A model generated the notes under the pieces. The model had not been told where the DNA came from, did not search any database, and worked only from the letters and a program-made list of their open reading frames with translations. Shown here one piece after another: positions 7,906 through 16,742 of a stretch of 64,000 nt of DNA. The stretch is taken from positions 3,904 to 67,903 of the IMG/VR virus record IMGVR_UViG_3300037851_001164, one strand, 5' to 3'. The stretch comes from a virus. The position numbers were made by a program, and so were the translations under genes. Position 1 is the stretch's first letter, and each line of letters begins with the position of its first letter.

Positions 7906-8180
7906 GCGCCCGCCCCCGCCCCCTCGAGCACCTGCTCGCCGGGATGGGCGCGCAGCACCGCGCGGGGCTCCTGGCCGAGCGCAACGACCGGGCCCTGCGC
8001 GAGTGGCGCGTGCGCTGGTTCCTGCGCTTTGGCCACTACCCCGATGCGGCGGCCCACGCCCGGCACATCGCCGGCGGCATCCGCTGGCCAATCACCCCCT
8101 CGGCCCTCCCGCCCGAGTGGCGGCTGGCGGCGGGGCGCTGCGAGCCCACCGCGCATCAGGGCGCCGAGGAGCTCGCATGA
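7902..8180 (+). CDS. Hypothetical protein
   Basis: ATGA overlaps at both ends. Confidence 0.6.
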   Translation: MSARPRPLEHLLAGMGAQHRAGLLAERNDRALREWRVRWFLRFGHYPDAAAHARHIAGGIRWPITPSALPPEWRLAAGRCEPTAHQGAEELA

Positions 8181-9508
8181 GCACAATGCTGGTGACCCGC
8201 TCAGCCGACGGCGCCCTGGCCAGCGCCGAGGGCCCCTCCCTGCTCGGTGAGCGCAGCGTGCGCATCCCGGTGAGCGGCAAGCTCAGGAGCGGCATCAAGG
8301 TGCTGACGAAGACCGCGGCGCAGAGCGACCGCGCGCGCGCCATCTACGAGCGCGGGCTCGCGGCCGGGATCAGCTTCGATGCAATCGCCGCGGAGATCGA
8401 GGCCGCCGGGGTCAAGAGCCCCCTCACCCCGCGCAACGCGCCCTGGTTCAGCGCCCGCAGATGCGACTTCGCCATGCCGGAGATCGCCGACCGGCTGCTC
8501 GAGCTCTACGGCGAGAACCGCGGCGAGGGCCGCCACCTCTACCGCCTGCCGGTGGTGTTCGTCACCGACAGCTGGCTCACCAACCTGCCCCACCGCTTCG
8601 CCTGCTACTCGGCCGCGGAGCTGCGCTACTGGTCCGAGTACGGGCCCGACGGGGCGCGCTACTGCAAGACGCGGGCGGCGATCGAGGTCGATCCGAAGAC
8701 CCGCCGCGCCCGCCGGGTCTGGGGCGGGCGCCCGGTGGTGCTGCGGCCGGACAACGACGGCCGCTGCGAGCCCAACGTGTGCCCCGAGTACCAGGCGCGC
8801 GCCTGCACCTTGCGCGGCTCGCTGCTGTTCTACGTCCCCGGCATCCCCGGCACCGGTGCCATCGAGCTGACCACCACCAGCTTCTACGGCCTGGAGCAGG
8901 CCCGCCAGGCGATGGCCATGGTCTACCACCTGCGCGGCGGGCGCATCGCCGGGACCATCGACGGGCGGCCGGTGTTCTGGCTGACCAAGCGCCAGGAGCA
9001 GATCTCGATGATCGATCCGCAGACCGGGCGGCCCAAGCGGGTATCCCAGTGGCTGCCGCACCTCGAGGCGGATCTGGACATGGGGCGCGTGTTCGCCGCC
9101 ATCGATCGGGATCATGTCGCCGCCGGGGCAGCCGCCGCGGCGGACCTGTCCGGCGAGCCCGCGGGCCGGGACGCGGATGATGAGCCGCCGCCGATCGAAG
9201 GCGAGATCGCCGACGGCGCCGAGTGCGAGACGCCCGAGACGCACGATCCGCCCCCCGCGCCGCCGGCGCCCGCCCCCACGCCCACCCCCACCCGAGCCGA
9301 CATCGACGCCATGCGCCGTCAGGTGCGCGACGCGGCGCGCGCCCTCGCCATCCAGCCCGACGAGCTCAAGGCCTACTTCGGCCAGGCCGTCGGCGCGGGC
9401 TGGGCCAGCACCCGCGAGGGGTTGACGCGCACCCTGGACGTGCTCGCCCAGGCCGCCGACGAGCCGGACCTGCTCGACGACATCCGCAATTCCGTCGTCC
9501 CATTCTGA
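8177..9508 (+). CDS. Gp3-like recombination-associated protein
   Basis: RIPVSGKLRSGIK N-terminus, C..C..YQ..AC motif, LLFYVPGIPGTGAIELTTTSFYG; acidic linker and VPF tail; occupies the red-locus position. Confidence 0.55.
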   Translation: MSTMLVTRSADGALASAEGPSLLGERSVRIPVSGKLRSGIKVLTKTAAQSDRARAIYERGLAAGISFDAIAAEIEAAGVKSPLTPRNAPWFSARRCDFAMPEIADRLLELYGENRGEGRHLYRLPVVFVTDSWLTNLPHRFACYSAAELRYWSEYGPDGARYCKTRAAIEVDPKTRRARRVWGGRPVVLRPDNDGRCEPNVCPEYQARACTLRGSLLFYVPGIPGTGAIELTTTSFYGLEQARQAMAMVYHLRGGRIAGTIDGRPVFWLTKRQEQISMIDPQTGRPKRVSQWLPHLEADLDMGRVFAAIDRDHVAAGAAAAADLSGEPAGRDADDEPPPIEGEIADGAECETPETHDPPPAPPAPAPTPTPTRADIDAMRRQVRDAARALAIQPDELKAYFGQAVGAGWASTREGLTRTLDVLAQAADEPDLLDDIRNSVVPF

Positions 9509-9517
9509 GGAGCCACC

Positions 9518-10291
9518 ATGCACGTCTACCTCGACATCGAGACCATTCCCGGCCAGTCGCCACAGGTCCTGGCGCGACTGGAGGAGGAGCAGGCGCAGAC
9601 GCTCGCGGAGCTCAAGGCGCCGGCCAACTACAAGGACCCGGCCAAGATTGCGGCCTGGATTGAGGAGGCCAGGGCCAACCTGGAGGCCAGGCGCGAGGAG
9701 CGCTGGCGGCGCACGGCGCTGGATGCGCTCGACGGCGAGCTGTTCTGCGCCGCCGCGGCCGTGGACGCGGGCGATACCGTCACCTTCGCCCGCAGCGATA
9801 TCGGCTTCCCGCCGGCGGGCTCGGCCGCGGCCGCTCTGGACGAGGCGGATGCGCTGCTGCGGCTGTTCGGCTGGCTTGCGCACATTGGGGCTGGGAGCAC
9901 ACCCGCAGACCCGCTGGTGCTGGTGGCCCACAACGGCAACGGCTTCGACTTCCCGTTCCTGTGGCGGCGCGCCGTGCTGCTCGGGGTGCGGCCGCCGCCG
10001 TGGTACCCGGCGCCCGACGAGATCCGCGCCTGGCGCGGCGGCGCGGCGCGGCAGCCGTGCATCACCGCCGACACCATGGTTACGTGGACCGGCAGCCCGA
10101 AGGACCACGTCAAGCTCGACACCCTGGCGCGGGCGCTCGGCCTGCGCGGCAAGGGCGAGATCGACGGCAGCCAGGTGTGGGACTACGTGCGCGATGGCCG
10201 CGGTGAGGAGGTGGTGCGCTATTGCGCACACGACATCCGCATGCTGCGCGAGGTCCACCGGCGCCTGCGCTTCCTGGGGGTGGCGGCGTGA
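9518..10291 (+). CDS. PolB-type DEDDy 3'-5' exonuclease
   Basis: YLDIETIP, AHNGNGFDFPFL, YCAHDI. Confidence 0.85.
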   Translation: MHVYLDIETIPGQSPQVLARLEEEQAQTLAELKAPANYKDPAKIAAWIEEARANLEARREERWRRTALDALDGELFCAAAAVDAGDTVTFARSDIGFPPAGSAAAALDEADALLRLFGWLAHIGAGSTPADPLVLVAHNGNGFDFPFLWRRAVLLGVRPPPWYPAPDEIRAWRGGAARQPCITADTMVTWTGSPKDHVKLDTLARALGLRGKGEIDGSQVWDYVRDGRGEEVVRYCAHDIRMLREVHRRLRFLGVAA

Positions 10292-11505
10292 TCATCCTGC
10301 ACGCATCCGATCTGCACTACTGCCCCAGGCACCTGGCCGAGGTGGACCGCTGCTTCGGGGCGGCGGTGGACGAGGCCGTGCGCCGGGGCTGCGATCTGGC
10401 CGTGCTCTGCGGCGACACCTTCGACCAGGCCGTGGAGCTGCACCACCCGTGCGTGGCCGCGGTGCTGCGCCAGGTGCGGCGCTTGGCCGATGCCATGCCG
10501 GTGCTGATCCTGCAGGGCACGCTGTCCCACGACACTCCGGGCGCGCTGGAGGTGTTCCGGGTGCTGGGCGGGCGGCACCCGGTGCAGGTAGCCGATGCCA
10601 TCGGCCAGGTCGCATGGGTGCCGGGCGCCGGCTGGGTGGCGAGCGAGGGCTTCGCCTTCCAGGCCCCGCCGCCCGGGGCGGCCGCGCTCCTCTCCTGCCT
10701 GCCCGCGGTCAACAAGGGGGCGCTGGTCGCCTCCGGGCGCGACGCGGCAGAGGTTGGCGACGCGGTCGCGGCGGTCCTCGCGGGCTGGGCGCCCGTGCAC
10801 CTGGCGGCGCGCGCGACCGGGGTGCCGGCCCTGGTGGTGGCCCACGGCACGGTGAGCGGGTCGGTGTCCGAGCAGGGGGTGCCGATGGCCGGCCTGGATC
10901 ACGATCTGACCACCGGGGCGCTGTGGGCCGCCGAGGCCTGCGCGGCCCTGCTCGGGCATATCCACAAGCACCAGGCGTGGGCGCGCGACGGGCGGCTCAT
11001 CGCCTACCCTGGGTCGGTGGGGCGGCTGCACTTCGGCGAGCTCGATCCCAAGGGGGTGCTGTTCTGGGAGGTGCACGCCGACGGGGCCAGCGCCCAGCTC
11101 TGGCAGACCCCGGCCAAGCGCCTCCTCCAGGCCGAGTTCGACGGCCCCCCGGACCCGGTGGCGCTGGCGTGCCTGGCCGCCGAGTGCGCCGGTGCCCACG
11201 TGCGGGTGCGCTGGCAGATCGACGAGGAGCACCGCGCGAGCATCGATCCGACCGCCATCCGCGCGCTGTTCGCCGGCGCCGCCGAGCTCAAGCTCGAGGG
11301 GCGGGTGCTGCCGGTGAGCCGCCAGCGCGCCGCCGGCATCGGCGCCGCCCTCACCGTGGCCGACAAGCTCGCGCGCTGGTGCGCGGCCACGGGCACCGAG
11401 CCCGCGCCGCTCGCCGCGCGCCTCGCCGCGCTGGAGTCGGCGGCACCGGAGGAGATCCTGCGCCAGATCACGGCGGGGCCGCCGGCCCTGCCCCAGGCCG
11501 CCTGA
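10288..11505 (+). CDS. sbcD: SbcD/Mre11-like metallophosphoesterase nuclease
   Basis: ASDLH, CGDTFD, LQGTLSHD, AHGTV, LGHIHKHQ, YPGS; GTG start at 10288. Confidence 0.88.
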   Translation: MIILHASDLHYCPRHLAEVDRCFGAAVDEAVRRGCDLAVLCGDTFDQAVELHHPCVAAVLRQVRRLADAMPVLILQGTLSHDTPGALEVFRVLGGRHPVQVADAIGQVAWVPGAGWVASEGFAFQAPPPGAAALLSCLPAVNKGALVASGRDAAEVGDAVAAVLAGWAPVHLAARATGVPALVVAHGTVSGSVSEQGVPMAGLDHDLTTGALWAAEACAALLGHIHKHQAWARDGRLIAYPGSVGRLHFGELDPKGVLFWEVHADGASAQLWQTPAKRLLQAEFDGPPDPVALACLAAECAGAHVRVRWQIDEEHRASIDPTAIRALFAGAAELKLEGRVLPVSRQRAAGIGAALTVADKLARWCAATGTEPAPLAARLAALESAAPEEILRQITAGPPALPQAA

Positions 11506-11517
11506 GGAGGAAGACCC

Positions 11518-13959
11518 ATGCGTCCCCTGCAGCTCACCCTGGCCGGCTTCCTCGGCATCCGCGCCGGCCTCGGATGCGAGCGGATCACCGTGGACGTCGC
11601 GGCCTGGCCGCCGGGCCTCGTGGCCCTGGCTGGCCCCAACGGCGCCGGCAAGACCACCGTGCTCGACAACCTGCACCCGTACCGCGTGATGCCGTTTCGC
11701 GCCGGCGGCTACAGCCCGCGTCAGACCAGCTACTACGAGGAGACCGCCGGCGAGGCGCTGAAGGAGCTCACCTGGGAGCACGCCGGACAGACCTACCGCA
11801 GCCGCATCCTCGTCCACGGTGCGCGCAGGACGAAGTCGCAGGAGGCGTACCTGCACGTGCGCGGCAGCGCGGGCTGGGAGCCCGCCAGGCTGCCTGACGG
11901 CACCGTGTCCGACGGCAAGACCGACACCTACGACCGGTGCGTCGAGGGGATCCTGGGCTCGCCGGAGATGTTCTTCACCGCGGCGTTCTCGGCCCAGAGC
12001 CGGCCGGGCCTGTCCGGCTACTCGCGGGCGGATGTCTCCGCCCTGATGGTGGAGCTGCTGGATCTGGCGCGAGTGCAGGACCTGGCCGGGCGCTGCGCCC
12101 AGGTGCGCAAGGGCGTGCAGCAGGCGCTGACCGAGGCCCAGGGACGCGTGCGCGCGAGCGAGGCGCTGGCCGAGGAGCACCGCCAGGCGGCCGAGGCCGC
12201 CGAGGGCGAGCGGGCCACCTTAAACCTGCGCCAGGAGGCGCTGCAGGCCGCCCGGCTGCGCGCCCGCGAGGCGGCCCGGATGCTGGCCGAGGCGCGGGCC
12301 AGCGCCGCCCAGGGCGCCGGCCTGGCCCAGCGCCGCCAGGGGCTCGCCGCGAGCCTGGCGGGGCTCGCCCAGCAGGCGGGGGCGCAGCTGCGCGAGCTGG
12401 AGGAGGAGCGCGCGCGGCTGCAGCAGCAGCGCGCCCGCGCCGAGGCCCAGGCCACGACGGCCAGCACCGCCGCCACCCGCGATGTGCGCGCGGTCGAGGA
12501 GGCGCTCGGGCGCCACCAGGCCCTGCTCGAGCGGCGCGCGGCCATCGAGCTCGCCGCCACCGCGCTGGCCGCCGCCCGGGAGGAGCGATCCGCCCTGGAC
12601 GCCAGGCTGGCGCAGGCCCGCGAGCTCGCCGCCGCGTGGCAGCGCCACGCCACCGAGGTGGCGTGGCTGCAGGGCGAGATCGAGCTGAAGAAGAGCGCGG
12701 GCGTGACCCTAAACGCGCGCATCGGCGAGGTCGCTGCCCGCGCCGAGCTCACCGAGCGCGTGCCGTGCCACGGCACCGATCTGCAGGGGCGCTGCCCGCT
12801 GCTGGTGGAGGCCGTCGCCGCCAGCGCCCGGCGGCCGCAGCTCCAGGCCGAGCTGACCGCGCTGCGCGCGCAGTACCGGGGGCTCGGCGAGCGCCTGGCC
12901 GCCGCCCGGTCCGCCTGGGAGGATCGACCGGATCCGGAGGCGGCGCTGCGCGTCCTGGAGCGTGAGGCGCAGGGGCTCGCCGCCCGGCTCGAGGCCCTGG
13001 CCCGTGACGCGGCCCTGGCCCCGGCGCTCGCCACCGCGGCCGAGGCGGCCGCGACCGCCAGCGCCACCGCCGAAGGCCTGCGCCAGCGCCTCGCGGAGGC
13101 GGCCGCCGCCATCGCGGCCGCCCGTGCCGAGCACGCCGCGCAGGTGGCCGCCCTGGAGGAGCGAGCGGGCCGGGCGCGGGCGCGTCTGATTGAGGAGGAG
13201 CGGCGGCTACGCGCCGAGCTCGCCGCGCTCCCCGCGCCCCCCGAGGACCTGGTGGCGGGCGCCGAGCAGGCCCTGCGCTGCGCCGAGGCCGCCCAGCAGG
13301 ACCTGGAGCGCGCCGTCGACGCGGATCAGGCCCGGGTGGCCGAGCTGCAGGCCCGGGCCCGCGCCCTCGCCGAGCCTCTGGCGGCGGCCGCCACCGCCCG
13401 CGCCGCCCTCGCGCGCCTGGAGGCGGAGGCCGCCCACTGGACGGTGCTGGGCAAGGCCCTGGGCCGGGACGGCATCGTGGCGCTGTCCATCGACGACGCC
13501 GGCCCCCAGCTCTCGGCCATCGCCAACGAGCTGCTGCTCGCCTGCTACGGCCCGCGCTTCACGGTGGCCATCGAGACCCAGCGCCAGACCGCCGCCGGCG
13601 AGGCGCGCGAGACCTTCGACATCCGCGTGCTCGATGCCGAGGCCGACGCCGCCAAGAGCGTGGCCAAGCTCTCCGGCGGCGAGCGCATCTGGATCAACGA
13701 GGCCATGACCCGGGCCATCGCGCTGTACCGCGCCCGCCAGTGCGGCCACCACTACCACACCCTGTTCGCCGACGAGTCCGACGGCGCGCTCGACGCCGAG
13801 CGCCGCCAGCAGTTCGTGCAGATGAAGCGCAAGGTGCTGGAGGTGGGCGGCTACGAGCGTGAGATCTTCATCACCCACTCGCCCGAGCTGCTCGAGCTGG
13901 TGGACCACGTGGTGGACATCCGCGAGCTGGCCGCCCGGCAAGCCGAGGCCGCGGCATGA
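11518..13959 (+). CDS. sbcC: SbcC/Rad50-like SMC ATPase
   Basis: GPNGAGKTT, long coiled coil with central PCHG..C, LSGGE, LFADESDGALD, FITH. Confidence 0.9.
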   Translation: MRPLQLTLAGFLGIRAGLGCERITVDVAAWPPGLVALAGPNGAGKTTVLDNLHPYRVMPFRAGGYSPRQTSYYEETAGEALKELTWEHAGQTYRSRILVHGARRTKSQEAYLHVRGSAGWEPARLPDGTVSDGKTDTYDRCVEGILGSPEMFFTAAFSAQSRPGLSGYSRADVSALMVELLDLARVQDLAGRCAQVRKGVQQALTEAQGRVRASEALAEEHRQAAEAAEGERATLNLRQEALQAARLRAREAARMLAEARASAAQGAGLAQRRQGLAASLAGLAQQAGAQLRELEEERARLQQQRARAEAQATTASTAATRDVRAVEEALGRHQALLERRAAIELAATALAAAREERSALDARLAQARELAAAWQRHATEVAWLQGEIELKKSAGVTLNARIGEVAARAELTERVPCHGTDLQGRCPLLVEAVAASARRPQLQAELTALRAQYRGLGERLAAARSAWEDRPDPEAALRVLEREAQGLAARLEALARDAALAPALATAAEAAATASATAEGLRQRLAEAAAAIAAARAEHAAQVAALEERAGRARARLIEEERRLRAELAALPAPPEDLVAGAEQALRCAEAAQQDLERAVDADQARVAELQARARALAEPLAAAATARAALARLEAEAAHWTVLGKALGRDGIVALSIDDAGPQLSAIANELLLACYGPRFTVAIETQRQTAAGEARETFDIRVLDAEADAAKSVAKLSGGERIWINEAMTRAIALYRARQCGHHYHTLFADESDGALDAERRQQFVQMKRKVLEVGGYEREIFITHSPELLELVDHVVDIRELAARQAEAAA

Positions 13960-14189
13960 GCACCGGCCACGCGGCAGCACCCCCGCGCGATGAGCGGCCG
14001 ATGAGCGCGGTGCCTGTCCCCAACGCCGCCCGCGCCCGCCGACGGGCGGCCCTGGTCCTGCACCGGCAGGGCTGGAGCGTCGAGCTGCTCGCGGCTGTCG
14101 CCGGCGTGCAGGAGTCCACCATGCGCCGCTGGCTACGCCGGGAGCGGCAGCTCCACATCCTGGAGCGAGTGCGGGAGGGTGCGCGGTGA
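13956..14189 (+). CDS. Small HTH protein
   Basis: LHRQGWSVELLAAVAGVQESTMRRWL. Confidence 0.65.
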   Translation: MSTGHAAAPPRDERPMSAVPVPNAARARRRAALVLHRQGWSVELLAAVAGVQESTMRRWLRRERQLHILERVREGAR

Positions 14190-14524
14190 GCAAGCGTCTT
14201 AAGCGGGTCACCGACGTGCTGGCCCTGCTGAGCGCATGTGACGGCTGGCTGTCGGGTCCAGAGATCTATCAGCGTCTGACGGGCAATCGGTGGGACCTTC
14301 AGCCGGAGCGTGTGCGTCAGAGCTGGCGCTACACCATGCACCACCTGTCCAGCACCGAGCAGGTAGCACGTCGCCGCCGTGGTGGCTTGATGGAGTACCG
14401 CCGCCTGAACGGCGACGCACCGCTCCTGGTGATGTGCCGTCAGGAGACCGTGCCGGCGGCCATGACGCAGACCGAGCTACAGCGGTACTGGCTCACGCAC
14501 AGGTGGGGCGCCGCATGTTCCTGA
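14186..14524 (+). CDS. Hypothetical winged-helix-like protein
   Basis: Overlap-coupled in the operon; WLSGPEIYQRL. Confidence 0.5.
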   Translation: MSKRLKRVTDVLALLSACDGWLSGPEIYQRLTGNRWDLQPERVRQSWRYTMHHLSSTEQVARRRRGGLMEYRRLNGDAPLLVMCRQETVPAAMTQTELQRYWLTHRWGAACS

Positions 14525-14721
14525 GCCCAGAAGAGATCGAGGTCCTGACCGGCTACCGCCGCTGGAGCGCTCAACGGCGCTGGCTGTCCGAGCATGGGTA
14601 CCGACACGACGTGGCCGGTTCTGGCCGCCCGGTCCTGCTGCGGGCCGAGGTCGAGCGGCACCTGGTGGGCAGCGCTCGCCCTGCTGCCCGCCGCGATCCG
14701 CGGCTAGACTTGCTGACCTGA
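14515..14721 (+). CDS. DUF4224-type excisionase-like protein
   Basis: MFLSPEEIEVLTGYRRWSAQRRWL..GRPVLLR immediately upstream of the integrase. Confidence 0.75.
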   Translation: MFLSPEEIEVLTGYRRWSAQRRWLSEHGYRHDVAGSGRPVLLRAEVERHLVGSARPAARRDPRLDLLT

Positions 14722-15686
14722 TGGGCCGCCACCGCCAGCACAATCGCCATCTGCCGCCACGGGTGTTCCTGCGGCACGGGGCCTATTACCACGTCGTGCA
14801 CGGGGTTTGGACCCGTCTCTCCGACCGGCTCGATCTAGCCCTGGCCAGGTGGGCGGAGATCGAGGGTCCGCCCTCCCGAGGCTCGACCGTGGGAGCTGCC
14901 ATCGACCGCTACCAGCTGGAGGCCTTGCCCCGGCTTGCCGAGCGCACCCGCCAGGACTACGTGCTGAGCCTCGGGCGCCTGCGAACGGTGTTCGGGGAGG
15001 TCGAGCTGACCGACGTGCGCCCGATGCACGTCGCCCAATACCTCGACCGACGCTCTGCCAAGGTCTCGGCGAACCGCGACGTAGCCGTGCTCTCTAGCGT
15101 CTTCGCCATGGCCATGCGCTGGGGCTGGTGCGATGCCAACCCTTGCCGCGGGGTGCGACGTAACCCCGAGCGGGCCCGCGAGCGCTACCTGTCCGACACC
15201 GAGCTGCAGGCGTTACGTGATGCGGCCGACGCGCAGTGGCAGTGCATCATCGACCTGGCCTACCTGACCGCCCTGCGGCGCGGCGACCTGATGGCCCTGC
15301 GCCTGGGGGATATCGAGCCAGACGGTCTTGCCGTTACCCACCGCAAGACGGGGGCACGCCGGCTCTACACCATGACGGCCGAGCTGAAGCTCGTCCTGGA
15401 CCGGATCCGGAGGCTGCGCCGCCGGGTGGGCACCCTGCTGCTCTTCGCCGCTCGTAACGGCCAGCCGTACAGCGCCGGCGGCTGGGAGAGCGCCTGGCGG
15501 CGCCTGCGGACCCGCGCGGGCATTACCGACGCCCACTTCCACGATCTGCGTGCCAAGGCCCTGACCGACGCCAAGCGCGTCGGCGGGCTCGACTACGCCC
15601 AGGCTCTGGGTGGGCACGAGCGGCGGGACACGACCGAGGGCTACGTGCGGGCGCGTGAGACGGTGCCGGTGCGTCCGCTACGCTGA
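14721..15686 (+). CDS. int: Tyrosine recombinase (phage integrase)
   Basis: TALRRGD (R), HRKTG (K), HFHDLRAK (HxxR), LGGHE..TTEGY (H, Y). Confidence 0.95.
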   Translation: MGRHRQHNRHLPPRVFLRHGAYYHVVHGVWTRLSDRLDLALARWAEIEGPPSRGSTVGAAIDRYQLEALPRLAERTRQDYVLSLGRLRTVFGEVELTDVRPMHVAQYLDRRSAKVSANRDVAVLSSVFAMAMRWGWCDANPCRGVRRNPERARERYLSDTELQALRDAADAQWQCIIDLAYLTALRRGDLMALRLGDIEPDGLAVTHRKTGARRLYTMTAELKLVLDRIRRLRRRVGTLLLFAARNGQPYSAGGWESAWRRLRTRAGITDAHFHDLRAKALTDAKRVGGLDYAQALGGHERRDTTEGYVRARETVPVRPLR

Positions 15687-15688
15687 AT

Positions 15689-15949
<261 letters not shown>

Positions 15950-16206
15950 GTCAACCGTGAGCGCACGTAGACCGGGGCGGGTGACGTTGTAGGCGGCATC
16001 CTACGCACTGCGCGCCATTCGCCTACAGACCAGCCGGTCGTCGCAGCCTACTCTCTCCCATGCGCCCGAGCGGCTACGATGCCTGCGATCTGACCGAGGC
16101 CAGGAGGGGGAGCCTGGCCGGAACTGTCGGGAGAGGGCGCGGCTCCGGTCCGATTGCTGCCCTGCGTGGCGGCACCGCCCCGGCCCCGATGGCCGGAGCG
16201 CGACCC

Positions 16207-16734
16207 TCAGCCGCGCACCAGCCGCTCGATGGCCTCGGTCTTGCGCTGGCTCCCGGCGCTCGAGCCGAAGTAGTAGGACACCACCGCCGTCCAGGCCGCG
16301 CCGAGCGCCCCCAGCATCACCAGGATGGCGTCGCCACCCTGGGCCGGCAGTCCACGGGCGAGCATCACCGCCAGCACCCCGAAGAAGCCCAGGGTGATGC
16401 CCACGGCGAGCGCCCGCGGGGTGATCTTGTCGCCGGTCTGCACCTCGCGGCTCCGGGCATCGGCCCGGTCATCGGCCGCCAGGCGCTCGAGGTCGAGCTC
16501 CAGGCGCGCCATCTCGGCGGCGAAGGCCGCGTCGGCCTCGCGCAGGGTGGCCAGCGCCTGTGGCTGGGCCCGCTCGACGGCTTGAGCCACCTCCCGCTCG
16601 GAGGCCTCCGGCTTTCCCAGCAGCGCCGCGCCGATGGCCTGCACCGCGCTGCCCGCCAGGGGGCCGCCCAGGGCGGTGGCGAGCGTCGGGGCCACCGCCT
16701 GCACCACGGACTTCCACTTCGATGCATTCATCAT
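16207..16734 (-). CDS. 3TM holin-like membrane protein (GTA-type holin family)
   Basis: VAPTLATALGGPLAG N-terminus, DRADARSRE, C-terminal TMs ending VVSYYFGSSAGS. Confidence 0.65.
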   Translation of the reverse strand: MMNASKWKSVVQAVAPTLATALGGPLAGSAVQAIGAALLGKPEASEREVAQAVERAQPQALATLREADAAFAAEMARLELDLERLAADDRADARSREVQTGDKITPRALAVGITLGFFGVLAVMLARGLPAQGGDAILVMLGALGAAWTAVVSYYFGSSAGSQRKTEAIERLVRG

Positions 16735-16742
16735 CACCTCTC

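Noticed and set aside
14721-15686. Integron integrase serving the attC sites
   Set aside because: Short phage-type Int paired with a DUF4224 gene and a tRNA attP; the IntI-specific insertion is not evident and it lies about 9.5 kb from the cassettes
15988-16027. TGTAGGCG...CGCCTACA inverted repeat as a REP-like element
   Set aside because: Single 8-bp stem with a long loop and no other copies noticed
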